Counted from the first letter of the stretch, positions 1 to 10,378 are shown. The stretch: DNA of 64,000 bases from an uncultured Spirochaetota bacterium (GCA_963827275.1 CAWHAA010000010.1:416001-480000), one strand, 5' to 3'. Notes: generated by a model not told the origin, from the letters alone. Translations and numbers: made by a program.

Positions 1-662
1 ATGCAGGCGCCCGTCACAAATGTCATCAGCGTATTCCCGATGTTTTCGTCAATATGCAAGTAGCGCACCATGACGAACGACAGGGGGAGCGTCCCCAGGC
101 CGATCAGCAGGCAGAGGGATATTTTACCCAGGTATGTCTTTGCGTCCCCCCTGAACATCAGCAGCTTGATGACCAGGTTCTTTGCGGTTATGCCGGCCAT
201 GACAACGAGCATGAGAACAATGTATTTGCGAACAGGCACCGGGGAGATCATGTATATGTCAAGGGCCGGGTTAAAGGAGACCTGCATCGGACGCTGGAAG
301 TCGATGAACAGGGCCCGCAATAATATCGCGCACCCGATCATCAAACCGAGGATAAACACGATTGTCCGTTCCCGCGGGAACATCGGCTCTATGAAATAAT
401 ACGAAAACATCACGAGGCCGAGGTAGGAAAACACGGTGTACCCGGAATTATAAAAATAAAATTCCGGGTAGGCGGAGACCGGGTCAAACAGGGTATTGCC
501 GACGATAAAGCAGAGCTGCCAGACGAACAGCATGGACACGAAAAAGATAAACGAAAGCACCTCGGGGCTTTTTTCGGCCCGGATCGCGAAGTATGAGATC
601 ATTATCAGCAGGAGGACCGCCAATAACATATGGTTGATGGATATTATATTATAAAGCCACAT
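1..662 (-). CDS. Multi-pass membrane protein, N-terminal part only (runs off the window start); possibly the 7TM sensor region of a signalling protein
   Basis: Not in the ORF track. Read by hand: MWLYNIISINHMLLAVLLLIMISYFAIRAEKSPEVLSFIFFVSMLFVWQLCFIVGNTL..., open to position 1, with several hydrophobic helices. Confidence 0.75.
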   Translation of the reverse strand, partial: MWLYNIISINHMLLAVLLLIMISYFAIRAEKSPEVLSFIFFVSMLFVWQLCFIVGNTLFDPVSAYPEFYFYNSGYTVFSYLGLVMFSYYFIEPMFPRERTIVFILGLMIGCAILLRALFIDFQRPMQVSFNPALDIYMISPVPVRKYIVLMLVVMAGITAKNLVIKLLMFRGDAKTYLGKISLCLLIGLGTLPLSFVMVRYLHIDENIGNTLMTFVTGAC

Positions 663-716
663 ATATCACACCGTTTAACACCGGTTGTTTTAATTAGTAC
701 TACCCGCCCCCGCCTG

Positions 717-1901
717 TCAATTATTAAGCGCATCCGCCGCATTATTATCCATGCCGGACAGCCCTCTCCGGGGCGGCGTCCGCCGTGCGCCCTGGCGCGC
801 GTCAAAACGCATCTCGGTTACCGGCCCGACAACGCCAAACCTGTTCATGATCCGCGCGCGAACGACGTTCTCCCCCCGCGCAGGCATGATCTCAATCCGG
901 TCGCCGGCGATCTTCCAGTCCTGTTCGTTGATTTTGACAAGGTATTCCATGAAATTCGGGGTGTAGTTGTTTTCGCCGAACGCGTCAAGCCGCAACCTGA
1001 CCGGGCCGCCGCCGGTCCCCGCCCCGCCCTCCGGGATGATGTCCACCCGGTTCAGGTCATGAAAGAGGCTCCCCGGGGGGTACCCCTTGCCGTCGAAGAA
1101 GAACGACTGGATACTGTTCCTTCTGCGGGCCTTTTTCGCCATCTCGTACATCGGGTCCCAGCGCGCCTTTCCCCCGGAACCGCCTGATGAAAAAAAATCA
1201 TTGCGTCCCAGCACCGATATTTTGTCAGCATAACTCGGCCACGCCCGGTCCAGAGGGAGGAGCCTCCATATGCGGCTGTCCCTTCGCCTGACGGGCAGAT
1301 CGCGCACCCCGTACCGGCGCACATGTTTCCCCGCCCCGAACAGATACACGAGGTCCCTGCCCCTGTTTTTCTTCCATTCGCGGCGTATTTCGTGTATGCC
1401 CAGGGGCATGCCCCGCAGCTCGAGGTGGATGTTCCACGTCGGATCGAAATAGACCCACTTGCGGTGCTGGTTCGACCATATGTCGGCGCCGGCATGCTCC
1501 TCGCCGGTCGGCCGTTTCAGAAATACCAGGCGGGCGGTCCATCCCATGCTCGCGGCGCACTGGACAAGCACCGTTGCCTTCGTCGTGCAGAGGAAGGCGT
1601 CCCCCCTGCCGGCGCGCCGCAGGATCGTGCGGGAATCGCGCAGCTCCGCGTCGCCGAAATTCAGGCCGTAGGGGATGCGCGCGTACACCCAGTCTTTCAG
1701 CAGCGCCATCTCCTCCATCTCGTTTGTTCCTGCCGACGCATGCGCGGCAAAATCGTACTCCTCCCTGAGCTGCGTGAGCCGCGGGTCCTCGGCCTCCTCG
1801 TGGTGGAACAGAATCGGGGCCCGCTGTGTGTCGGCGGCGGACAGTGCGCCCGCTAACAGGATGCAGACGGTGCCGATAATTGTGAGGGACCGGAACAGCA
1901 C
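717..1901 (-). CDS. Secreted transglutaminase-like domain protein, catalytic triad intact
   Basis: Signal peptide; FLCTTKA (Cys), EEHAGADIW (His), KWVYFDPTWN (Asp). Confidence 0.8.
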   Translation of the reverse strand: MLFRSLTIIGTVCILLAGALSAADTQRAPILFHHEEAEDPRLTQLREEYDFAAHASAGTNEMEEMALLKDWVYARIPYGLNFGDAELRDSRTILRRAGRGDAFLCTTKATVLVQCAASMGWTARLVFLKRPTGEEHAGADIWSNQHRKWVYFDPTWNIHLELRGMPLGIHEIRREWKKNRGRDLVYLFGAGKHVRRYGVRDLPVRRRDSRIWRLLPLDRAWPSYADKISVLGRNDFFSSGGSGGKARWDPMYEMAKKARRRNSIQSFFFDGKGYPPGSLFHDLNRVDIIPEGGAGTGGGPVRLRLDAFGENNYTPNFMEYLVKINEQDWKIAGDRIEIMPARGENVVRARIMNRFGVVGPVTEMRFDARQGARRTPPRRGLSGMDNNAADALNN

Positions 1902-1904
1902 TGG

Positions 1905-3701
1905 TTATTCCTTCAGGTCCACGACCGTTATACTGACGGGACCGGTCACGACGTCCGCGCCGCCGCCGGGTTCCGTGCCGGACCACCGGCATACCCGGCT
2001 CCATTCCGCCTCGGCGAACACGCTCCGGTAATCGCTGGCATCGAAATCCCCCTCGAACATCACGCAATAGCCGTTTGAGATGACGGCGAACGACTCCTTC
2101 GCCCTGTCGTAATCCCTGCCAAGGCCGATATCGACCCAGCCGGTCCCCGGCATATACACCTGGTTCCAGGTCGCGGTCGGTTCCTGCCCGTCCTCCCTTC
2201 CGGTCTGCCCTATTGCCAGGCCGCCGGCGGCACGCGCCGGTATGCCCAGGACGCGCGACAGGGCGGTGAACCCGACCGTCTGACCGTACGCGTCGCCCCT
2301 GCCCCTGAAGAGGTAATCGCTCGCCTTCACCCAGCGGTCTCCGTACGCGGTAAAGCGTATCGCGTCATTCACATAATCACGGACCGCCAGGACCCGCGAG
2401 AGACAGGTGCCGCCTGCGACGATATTCGACGAATGGGACTTGACCACGTAATGCGATATATCAAAGACGCTGGTCTCACCAGGCGGTGCCGGTCCGCTTT
2501 CACCGCCGGGGACAAAATCGCCCTCTGCCCCGACCGTCTGGGCGGCCGCGGCCGTTATGATGTCAAACCTGAGCAGGGCGCGCACGCTTCCGGTGGCCCG
2601 GTCAAACCTGAGCCGCGCCCACCGGTTGCCGAACCGGTCCTCGGTGATCTCCCGCGGCGCAGGATCGATGGAAATCTGCCTGACATTCTGGAAACGCCGG
2701 TTGGACGGATACGGCACCCAGAGATCGGCATTGTACGGGGACGAATTCCTCCCGGTGACCGGGATGGTAACCGTTATCCTCCGCACGGCAGGCCCGGCCA
2801 GCACCAGGTTCCTGTCCTCGAGGACCGCTACCGGCGAAACGACCGCGCCGCCCTGCCCGTTTACCATGCAGTAGATGCGCTTCCCGTCGCCGGCAAGGGC
2901 CACAGGCCCGGTGTCCACGAACCGCAGCTTTTTTTTCATCACACCGGACGGATCGAACATCAGCAGCCAGTGCTCGGCATACCGGTCAAACTCGTTGAGA
3001 TAGGCGACAATGCCCCCCTGGCAGGAGGCGACCCCGCCGATCATCCCCCGGTACGAGCCGATCTCCTTCAACCGGCGGCCCGAAGGGTTGAACTGGAAGA
3101 GCGCCGATCCGTCCCCGCGCCTTACGGCGAACGTCAGGACGTCGCCGGCGCAGGCAAGGCCGCGGATCGCGCCCTCGGGCAGGGAGCGTATGCCGACTGA
3201 GCCGGCGGTTTTCCCCGAGAACGTGAGCTTGCGGATAAAATATTTCTCCGACCTGCTTATTATCCATATATGGCGGTCATCGCAGGTAATGGCCTCGGCC
3301 CCGAGGCGGCCGATCCCCCAGATCGTCTGTATCCTGCCCGTATGTCTGTCAATGGAAAAGATGGCATCGGATACCAGGTTGAAATTATTAACCAGCACGT
3401 ACAGGACATCACCGCGCACCGCGAGATCCACGATATCGCCCTTTACAGGGGCAATCCTGGTGCTCGTTATATCATTACCGAAGAAGCCCGCAAGCCTGTT
3501 TCCGCCGCTGTCAGTCCATTCAAGGGCGGGATCGGGAGGCCGGGGCGCCTCCTTTTTGTGCTTAACATGACGCGCGGAAGAATATCGCGCCCGTGATACG
3601 CCTTTCTTTCGCGTTTTTGACAGGAGCCCCTGGTCCGCGAGAAAAGTAAGAAGAATGCAAAATAGTATTACCGCCCTTGCCCTGAGCATCCCTTCAACCA
3701 T
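1905..3701 (-). CDS. Transglutaminase-like domain protein with N-terminal beta-propeller-like region, probably catalytically inactive
   Basis: N-terminal hydrophobic segment; DRFGNRWARL, GRGDAYG (GDC to GDA), LGIPARAAGG, ATWNQVYMPGTGWVDI (His to Thr). Confidence 0.75.
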   Translation of the reverse strand: MVEGMLRARAVILFCILLTFLADQGLLSKTRKKGVSRARYSSARHVKHKKEAPRPPDPALEWTDSGGNRLAGFFGNDITSTRIAPVKGDIVDLAVRGDVLYVLVNNFNLVSDAIFSIDRHTGRIQTIWGIGRLGAEAITCDDRHIWIISRSEKYFIRKLTFSGKTAGSVGIRSLPEGAIRGLACAGDVLTFAVRRGDGSALFQFNPSGRRLKEIGSYRGMIGGVASCQGGIVAYLNEFDRYAEHWLLMFDPSGVMKKKLRFVDTGPVALAGDGKRIYCMVNGQGGAVVSPVAVLEDRNLVLAGPAVRRITVTIPVTGRNSSPYNADLWVPYPSNRRFQNVRQISIDPAPREITEDRFGNRWARLRFDRATGSVRALLRFDIITAAAAQTVGAEGDFVPGGESGPAPPGETSVFDISHYVVKSHSSNIVAGGTCLSRVLAVRDYVNDAIRFTAYGDRWVKASDYLFRGRGDAYGQTVGFTALSRVLGIPARAAGGLAIGQTGREDGQEPTATWNQVYMPGTGWVDIGLGRDYDRAKESFAVISNGYCVMFEGDFDASDYRSVFAEAEWSRVCRWSGTEPGGGADVVTGPVSITVVDLKE

Positions 3702-3818
3702 ATCATGAAAATTTTTTATACATAGAACAATTATTCATCTGTAAAGTCAACACAATATGGGCCCTGTGCGGCCCGGTGATCGTGTTCAACACGCGCTTTC
3801 CGGCATCATGACATCCGG

Positions 3819-6017
3819 TCAGGGCACGTCGGTCGCCGACAGCCGCCACGCGACTGCGAGCGCCGCCAGAAGCACCGCGATGACCGCGGCAAGCGTGCCC
3901 GCCATCCCCGCGAGCGGCAGGAACACCATCACCGTGAGCAGCGAGCCGGCAATGGCGCCGAAATGGTCCATCGCGTCAAGCGCCGAGGCGGATTCAAGGT
4001 ACCCGTCGCGCCCGATCGCTGAAAAGAGGGCGGGAAAGAGCGCGCCGCACAGGAAAGCAAAAACGACGAGCAGCGGCCAGAACAGCGCCCCGGTCCCGGG
4101 AAGCGTCAGGGCAAGCATGCCGAGCACGGCCAGTGCGAGGCCGGCGACGATCACCCGGGGCCGCGGCGTTCCGCCGCGCGCCGCGGCAAAGCCCCCCGCG
4201 GCGAGCCCCAGCATGAAAAATGCGTTGATGAGCGCGATGCGGTGGTAGACGATACCGTGCGCATTCTGGTACAGGATAATCATGACCAGCATCGCCGACA
4301 TGCTCGCCAGGCCGGTCGCGCAGATCACCGCGCCCGCTGCCATGCGGCGGGCGCCGTAGCGGCGCCTGATGTCCAGGAGCGCGGCTGCCACGGCAAGGGC
4401 CGCCAGCACCGGCAGGAGCCAGAAACCCCGGACCAGAAAATAGAGCGCCGAACGCTCGCGGAAAGCGGCCAGCACGGTGTTCCTCCAGTACGCGCCCGGC
4501 CGCATGTCCCGGTTTTCACCGGCCCCTCCCTGCATGCGGGCCATCTCCTTTTCGAAATACCCGACATGTGTCTCCTCGAAAAACATGCGCAGCTCGCGGG
4601 GAGAAAAATTATCGCCGATCTCCTTCTCGAAGGCGGCGCGCGGCGGGTTCGCTTCATAGCGCGCGATCAATGCGCCGCCGCCTGCGGGAAGGACGCCCGC
4701 TTCCGGGGCCCCGGCGAGGTAGATCGTCTCGCCCGATGTCACCAGCCGGGAGGGGAATTCGGCCGAGAAGCCCCGGTAGATTGACGCGATGAACCCGCGC
4801 ATCTCCGGCGACATGTAATTGCTGAAGCCATGCAGCGACGTCATGAAGACCCCGCCCGGTCCCAGCCGCTTTCTGCACAGGGCGTAAAACTCACGGGTGT
4901 AGAAACGGTTCAGCATGATGTTCTCCGGGGCGGGCGGCAGGCTGATGATCATGTCGAAACGCCCGGGATGCCGCGCGAGAAAATGCCGCGGGTCTTCCCG
5001 ATAGAGTACAAGCTTCGAATCGTCCGTGCCGGGATAGAAGCTCTTCCTCCACGGCGCCACCGCCTCCCAGAGGCCGGGGTCCGGCTCGATATAGGTCAGG
5101 CGCTCGATATCGGTGCGCAGCAGGTTGTTAAGCAGCGCGCCGGGGCCCGATCCCATGAGGAGCACGTGTTTCCTGTCTCCCCGCAGCGCATTCACCAGGT
5201 GCACGATCCCGCGGGACTCGTAGCGGTCCGGCAGGGTGTACATCAGCATGCCGTTGCCGTACACGCTGACCGTATCGCCGGACGACTCCACCGCGACCGC
5301 CTGGTATTTCGTGCGCCGGTAGCTTTCGAGCGTGCCCGGGTGGGTCCGCTCCCACGCGGCGGCGAGTATCCGGGTCTCTATCCGGTCCGAAAAAAAGACG
5401 CAGGCGAGAGGGATCAGGGCGGCGGGGACGAGTCTTCTGCCGCCCAGGAACGCGATGAGGACAAGCGCCGCGCACAGGAGCCCCGACGCGAGGGCAAGCG
5501 GGTTCGCGGCCTCCACCAGCAGGAAGGAGAAGGCCATGCCGCCCGCGAACGAGCCGAGCGACTCGGCGCAGAACACGTGGCCGCCCGACCGTTCGCCCAT
5601 CAGCGCCGAAGCCAGCGCCACGAGGGGAGGGAAAAAAAAGCCGACGAAAAACCCGGCGGGCACGGCGCACGCCAGGGCGATGAGGGCCTCTGCCGTGAAG
5701 GAATAGAAGGTCCCGGCCGCTCGGGGAACGAGCACCTGCAGCGCGTGGGTCCCGTACACCGCCCCGGCCATCAGGAGCGGCAGCAGCGCCATTGAGAGAA
5801 GCACGCGCCGCACGAGCGCTTCCGGTGCGCCGGGGGGATTGATACGGGCCCCCAGGAAAATACCGAGGAACCAGGAGGAAAAAATTATGCCGATGATGAG
5901 CTCGTTGCCGCGGCAGACGGTGAGGAGCTCGCGTATGAGCACCACCTGGATGATCGCCGCCTCGATCCCCGTGAAGAAAGCGACCGCGGTGATCCCGGCG
6001 CGGCCGGGCCGCTTCAC
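3819..6017 (-). CDS. Membrane-embedded spermidine-synthase-like (SAM/dcSAM-binding) protein with MFS-like TM regions
   Basis: QVVLIRELL..GNEL N-terminus; central HVLLMGSGPG, YIEPDP, EDPRHFL, NRFYTREFY; C-terminal TM helices; GTG start overlaps the amrS stop. Confidence 0.8.
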   Translation of the reverse strand: MKRPGRAGITAVAFFTGIEAAIIQVVLIRELLTVCRGNELIIGIIFSSWFLGIFLGARINPPGAPEALVRRVLLSMALLPLLMAGAVYGTHALQVLVPRAAGTFYSFTAEALIALACAVPAGFFVGFFFPPLVALASALMGERSGGHVFCAESLGSFAGGMAFSFLLVEAANPLALASGLLCAALVLIAFLGGRRLVPAALIPLACVFFSDRIETRILAAAWERTHPGTLESYRRTKYQAVAVESSGDTVSVYGNGMLMYTLPDRYESRGIVHLVNALRGDRKHVLLMGSGPGALLNNLLRTDIERLTYIEPDPGLWEAVAPWRKSFYPGTDDSKLVLYREDPRHFLARHPGRFDMIISLPPAPENIMLNRFYTREFYALCRKRLGPGGVFMTSLHGFSNYMSPEMRGFIASIYRGFSAEFPSRLVTSGETIYLAGAPEAGVLPAGGGALIARYEANPPRAAFEKEIGDNFSPRELRMFFEETHVGYFEKEMARMQGGAGENRDMRPGAYWRNTVLAAFRERSALYFLVRGFWLLPVLAALAVAAALLDIRRRYGARRMAAGAVICATGLASMSAMLVMIILYQNAHGIVYHRIALINAFFMLGLAAGGFAAARGGTPRPRVIVAGLALAVLGMLALTLPGTGALFWPLLVVFAFLCGALFPALFSAIGRDGYLESASALDAMDHFGAIAGSLLTVMVFLPLAGMAGTLAAVIAVLLAALAVAWRLSATDVP

Positions 6018-7156
6018 GCCCACACCCCCGGGATTTTGGTGCCGCAGAAGGGACACGCGCCGCCCCTGACGCCGCTCTTCACGCTGAAGTACCCGCTCCG
6101 CTCGATGATGATCCTGTTGCAGTTATGGCAGTAGGTGTTCTCCCACCGGTGGCCGCTCACGTTCCCGACGTAGGCATAGCGTATCCCTTCCTCTTTCGCT
6201 ATGGTGCGGCAGCGCTCCAGGGTCGATACCGGCGTGGGCGGCAGGTTCTGTATCCGGTACATGGCGTGGAACCGCGTGAAGTGCATGGGCACGTTCGCCG
6301 AGAGGTTCTTCCTGACCCAGGCGGCCATCCTGCGTATCTCGGCCGGGCTGTCGTTGAGGGTGGGGATCACCAGGACCACGATCTCCACCCAGGCGCCGGC
6401 CGCGTGCACCGCCGCCAGGTTGTCAAGCACCGGGGCGAGCCTGCCGCCGCAGACCGAGGAGTAGAATTTTTCAGAAAAGGCCTTGAGGTCTATCTTGATG
6501 CCGTCCATCGCCCGGGCCAGGGTCCGGCCCGCCTCGGGCATGATGTAGCCGTTCGATATGATGACCGGCCTGACCCCCTGCCGCCGCGCCGATGCCGCCG
6601 CGTCCAGGATGTACTCGTACTGCACCGTGGGCTCGTTGTAGGTGAAGGCGATAACCTTCGATCCGGCCGAGCGGGCGCGCTGCGACAGCCCATCCGGTGT
6701 TATCGGCGTCGCATCCAGCTCCTCGGGGTCAGCCTGGGAGAGCTGCCAGTTCTGGCAGAACTGGCAGGACAGGTTACAGCCGGCGGTGGCCACGGAATAC
6801 GCGGTTGCGCCGGGCAGGAAGTGGAACATCGGCTTCTTCTCTACCGGGTCCACGTGGGCAGCCGCGATCCTGCCATAAACGAGGGTGCGGAGCTCGCCCC
6901 CGATATTCTGCCGCGCCCTGCAGGCGCCCCGGTCGCCTTCGCCGAGCCTGCACCCGTTGGGGCAGAGCCGGCATAGCACGTCGCCGCCCTGAAGCTTCTT
7001 CCACATCTTCGCCGGCCTGGTGAAACGGTCGCCCGGCTGCCCGGAAGCCCCGGAACAGCCGGCAAGGCCGAGGCCCCCCAGGGCGAGCAGGCACAGTCCC
7101 TGACCGCTCGTCAGGAGGAATTCCCTGCGCGGCATCGTGGCGCGCCGGCGTCTCAT
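6014..7156 (-). CDS. amrS: AmmeMemoRadiSam system radical SAM enzyme with twin-arginine/lipoprotein-like leader
   Basis: CRLCPNGC zinc region, DPVEKKP, GCNLSCQFCQNWQLSQ (CxxxCxxC), AFTYNEP, C-terminal CHNC/CPFC; leader PRREFL...LAGC; ATG overlaps the upstream TGA. Confidence 0.92.
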   Translation of the reverse strand: MRRRRATMPRREFLLTSGQGLCLLALGGLGLAGCSGASGQPGDRFTRPAKMWKKLQGGDVLCRLCPNGCRLGEGDRGACRARQNIGGELRTLVYGRIAAAHVDPVEKKPMFHFLPGATAYSVATAGCNLSCQFCQNWQLSQADPEELDATPITPDGLSQRARSAGSKVIAFTYNEPTVQYEYILDAAASARRQGVRPVIISNGYIMPEAGRTLARAMDGIKIDLKAFSEKFYSSVCGGRLAPVLDNLAAVHAAGAWVEIVVLVIPTLNDSPAEIRRMAAWVRKNLSANVPMHFTRFHAMYRIQNLPPTPVSTLERCRTIAKEEGIRYAYVGNVSGHRWENTYCHNCNRIIIERSGYFSVKSGVRGGACPFCGTKIPGVWA

Positions 7157-8706
7157 GGCGTCCCCTTCTCCCCGAAAACGTTTGCCTGGAAACGGAAGAC
7201 CATCGTTACCCCGTCTTTCCACGCGCCGGCGGGAAGGCCGGCCTTGCGGCAGGCTTCGTCAAGGAACCGCTCCCGGTCCCATCCCTGCTCCACCGCCACC
7301 TGGGGAAGAAGCAGGCCGCGGTACGGGCCCCGCTCGACGATGAGACCGTCCCTTCCGGTCCGGACCTCCTCCACGGAGCGCACCGGCGATGGCTCGGTGA
7401 GCACGGATATCTCTATGGCGATGTCCTTCATCTCGCCGGCGGTCACCGGACCGAAACGCGGGTCCTTGAACGCGGCATTGTATGAGTTGTCAAGCACCCC
7501 CTGGATGATGGGCTTGATCCCGGCGATGTAGCCGATGCAGCCCCGGAGCTCCCCGCGCTTCTTCAATGTCACGAACACGCCCCTCTTCTCAAGGCAGGCT
7601 TCCGGGACCCTGTCGGGAAAGAACCTGATGCCCCTCTTTTTAACGAGCCAGGATTGTATATTGTCCCTGGCCGCCTTGAGGAGAAAGCGCTTGTCGCTCC
7701 CGGAAAGGTCAACCGAACCCGCGGGGGCAGCGGTTGCGGCGCCGGCAAGCCGGCCGGTGAAGATGATAGCGGCGTAACTGACGGAGTTATCATAGCTCCC
7801 GGTGATGTTCCCGGAGGTGTCATACGCGACCTTTTCCGACCTGAACCCGTCAATGGGAAGCGACATGGCGATTTTGATCGGATTTTTGCCGCAGATGGTT
7901 GCGCCCGTCCGTTCCAGGTAAGCGGAAAAACCCGCCAGGTCCCTCTTCATTATACGCTCGACAGCGCCGTCATCGAGATTTTTTAACCTTACCCTGCTCC
8001 CCTGCGCGGAATCGTGTTTAAACGGCAGGTACCCGAAATTCGGCCCGTAGTGGGTGAAATCGCTGCTTACGATGAAGAGCGTTTTTTCACCCGCAACCGC
8101 CGCGGTGATGGCGGCCGCGGCGCGCGCCGCGCCGCCGTCATCAAGCTCTCCCACGAGCACGGGCAGCACGCGGATCTCCTTTTCAAGAGCGCGGCCGAAA
8201 ATCCTCTGTAAAAAGGGAAGATGGATCTCGATGGAATGCTCCCGCTCGAACGCGGCCGGATTGATGCTGAACAGGCTGTTTGCCACAAGGCGCTCCGCGG
8301 CGCCTGTTTCCATCCGCACCCTGCCAAGCGGTGTTTCATACCGGTCGGCGTCAAGCAGGGCGCACCCACTGAACGCGCGGGAGTGGGACGGGCCGATGAT
8401 GACGACCAGGCCCGGGGCGACCGCCGGCTTTCCCGCGCCGCCGATTGCGCGATACCCGGCAGCGGCAACCCCCCCGGAATACATGTATCCCGCATGGGGA
8501 AGTATCAGGAGAAGCTGGTCCCGGCGCGGCACGCTTCCGGACACAGGCCGGGCGAGCAGTCCGTCAACCTGCCGTGCCAGCTCCGCCCGGTCTGCCGGAT
8601 ACCACTGGCCCGCGAGGTTCGATTTCTTTACCTTCGCGGAGGATTCCGGGGAAGCGCAAGAAGCGCATAGCGCAAGTATCGCGATCAAAAAAATGAGCTT
8701 TTTCAT
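7153..8706 (-). CDS. amrB: Fused AmmeMemoRadiSam proteins B (MEMO1-like) and A (AMMECR1-like), with lipoprotein signal
   Basis: AGQWYP, PHAGYMYSG, EHSIEIHLPFLQ, SSDFTHYG, TICG (MEMO); GVFVTL..GELRGCIG, DPRF, EISVLT, GLLLPQVA, CRKAGL (AMMECR1); N-terminal LALCASC. Confidence 0.92.
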   Translation of the reverse strand: MKKLIFLIAILALCASCASPESSAKVKKSNLAGQWYPADRAELARQVDGLLARPVSGSVPRRDQLLLILPHAGYMYSGGVAAAGYRAIGGAGKPAVAPGLVVIIGPSHSRAFSGCALLDADRYETPLGRVRMETGAAERLVANSLFSINPAAFEREHSIEIHLPFLQRIFGRALEKEIRVLPVLVGELDDGGAARAAAAITAAVAGEKTLFIVSSDFTHYGPNFGYLPFKHDSAQGSRVRLKNLDDGAVERIMKRDLAGFSAYLERTGATICGKNPIKIAMSLPIDGFRSEKVAYDTSGNITGSYDNSVSYAAIIFTGRLAGAATAAPAGSVDLSGSDKRFLLKAARDNIQSWLVKKRGIRFFPDRVPEACLEKRGVFVTLKKRGELRGCIGYIAGIKPIIQGVLDNSYNAAFKDPRFGPVTAGEMKDIAIEISVLTEPSPVRSVEEVRTGRDGLIVERGPYRGLLLPQVAVEQGWDRERFLDEACRKAGLPAGAWKDGVTMVFRFQANVFGEKGTP

Positions 8707-9020
8707 GGGTACCTCGGTTCTGTAAAGAAGGGCCTTGCTTCTCTCCCGGATACGGACGTATTCATGTTATAATACGATATATGAATAATAACAAGAAATT
8801 TATCATTTTTTGAGCAGGCTTTTATCATCCATCCGGTTAAATAAAAAGCCTAATAAGGCTTTTTTTGTTTGACTTTGTCATGGGGGTACTTTACTTTAAT
8901 ATTGGTAAATACAGCCGGATTTAAAATACCCTGTATTGTTTAACAGGCTTTTAGCCGAAACATTATACTAAATAGAAGACCGCTGCAGCAGGAAGACTTA
9001 TCAAGAGGAGTTACTACATA

Positions 9021-9860
9021 ATGAACCTCAAGAAACATTATTTGTTGATTTTTATTTTCGCCATCCTTGCGTATTCAATCAATCTCAATGCCGCATCCAT
9101 TGTCCTCAGATCAGGGACGGCCCTGAAGGGCAAACTCATCGACAGGAATGATGAAGAAATAACGATACAGGACCCGGCCACAAAACAGCTCCGTGTCATT
9201 AAAGCGATATTCATAAAAGACCTCGTCCTTGATCCGGGCGAGGAAAAAATAGGCGTCAAGAAGAAACCGGCTGAGCCCGCGAAGAAGGGAGGAACCGGCG
9301 CCGGCGGCGCAACAGCATCCCCGGACCTTCTGGCCGCACTTGAACCGGCCCTGGGGCTCATGCCCGGGGTCGCAATCCCGTTTGGAAAGATAAACAAGGG
9401 CGTAAATATCGGCTTCGGCTTCACCCTTTTCTCGGACCTCAGCATCCCCATGAAGCTGGATGTTCTCAAAATCAGGCCGGGGCTCTCGATCGGCTTCCTC
9501 TACCACACGACGAAGGGTGGCAGCCCTTTCTCGCTTGAAAAGCGATCGCCCTATGTCATGATGATCCCGGTCATCGCGTACATCAAGCTCCAGTTCATCG
9601 CGCCGCACGGCTTCAGGCCGTATATCAAGATCGGCGGCGGTATTACGCCGGTTCTTGCACAGGGAATGTCGTCAATGGATCCGACCTTCGCTCCCGGGGT
9701 CGGGCTCGGGTACGTGAACGGCAAAATACCCTACCTGGAGTTCTATATCGACATGGGCGTCCTGATGGCCTTTGAAAAAGTCAGGGGCGATTTTATCACT
9801 GCCTCTGTCGGCATCGCCTACCGCTTTGGCGCGCCGCCTCCCGCGACCGGCCTCAAATAA
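9021..9860 (+). CDS. Secreted protein with C-terminal outer-membrane beta-barrel-like domain
   Basis: Signal peptide; RBS GAGGAG; alternating beta-strand pattern ending SVGIAYRF. Confidence 0.7.
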   Translation: MNLKKHYLLIFIFAILAYSINLNAASIVLRSGTALKGKLIDRNDEEITIQDPATKQLRVIKAIFIKDLVLDPGEEKIGVKKKPAEPAKKGGTGAGGATASPDLLAALEPALGLMPGVAIPFGKINKGVNIGFGFTLFSDLSIPMKLDVLKIRPGLSIGFLYHTTKGGSPFSLEKRSPYVMMIPVIAYIKLQFIAPHGFRPYIKIGGGITPVLAQGMSSMDPTFAPGVGLGYVNGKIPYLEFYIDMGVLMAFEKVRGDFITASVGIAYRFGAPPPATGLK

Positions 9861-9889
9861 ACGAGCCAACATACACGACTGCCGTACCG

Positions 9890-9915
9890 AAGGCCGGGCA
9901 CTCCCCGGCCTTTTT
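9890..9915 (+). terminator. Rho-independent terminator
   Basis: AAGGCCGGG-CACTC-CCCGGCCTT followed by a T run, just after the 9021-9860 stop. Confidence 0.8.
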
Positions 9916-10045
9916 CATTATTATTGCCGCGTCCCGTAATTTACTGTATATTTGGCGTAAGGGCTCTGCCTGATGAAATTATTTGTTGACGATAATCGCC
10001 CGAAGGGGGATTATACCAACCATCAACGCGCGGGGAGGAGTATCG

Positions 10046-10378
10046 ATGTCTCTGTTCCAGACGCAAAAAGAAAAGATGGAGATAAAGCTTTCAGCCGAGC
10101 TCTCCTTTAAAATCATGCAGATAGGCCAGCTCATCCTTGAGCTGAAGACCGACTACATCCAGTTTTTCGACGATGACACCCGGCTCAAGCTCCTCCAGGT
10201 CAACGAGATGATCGAGGAGCTGGCCCAGCAGATGACCGGCAGTACGGCGGAACGGATGTATCTGTGGCGCGTCGAAAAAGAAGAGAAAAAGCGCATCGAG
10301 CAGCAGGAGAAGGAGCTCGCGAAGGAAAAAGAATCCGCGCAGAAGGCCCCGCAGGCCCCCGCCGACGAGCAAGAATAA
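10046..10378 (+). CDS. Hypothetical helical protein
   Basis: GGAGGAG RBS before ATG 10046; host-like codon usage; charged coiled-coil tail. Confidence 0.7.
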   Translation: MSLFQTQKEKMEIKLSAELSFKIMQIGQLILELKTDYIQFFDDDTRLKLLQVNEMIEELAQQMTGSTAERMYLWRVEKEEKKRIEQQEKELAKEKESAQKAPQAPADEQE

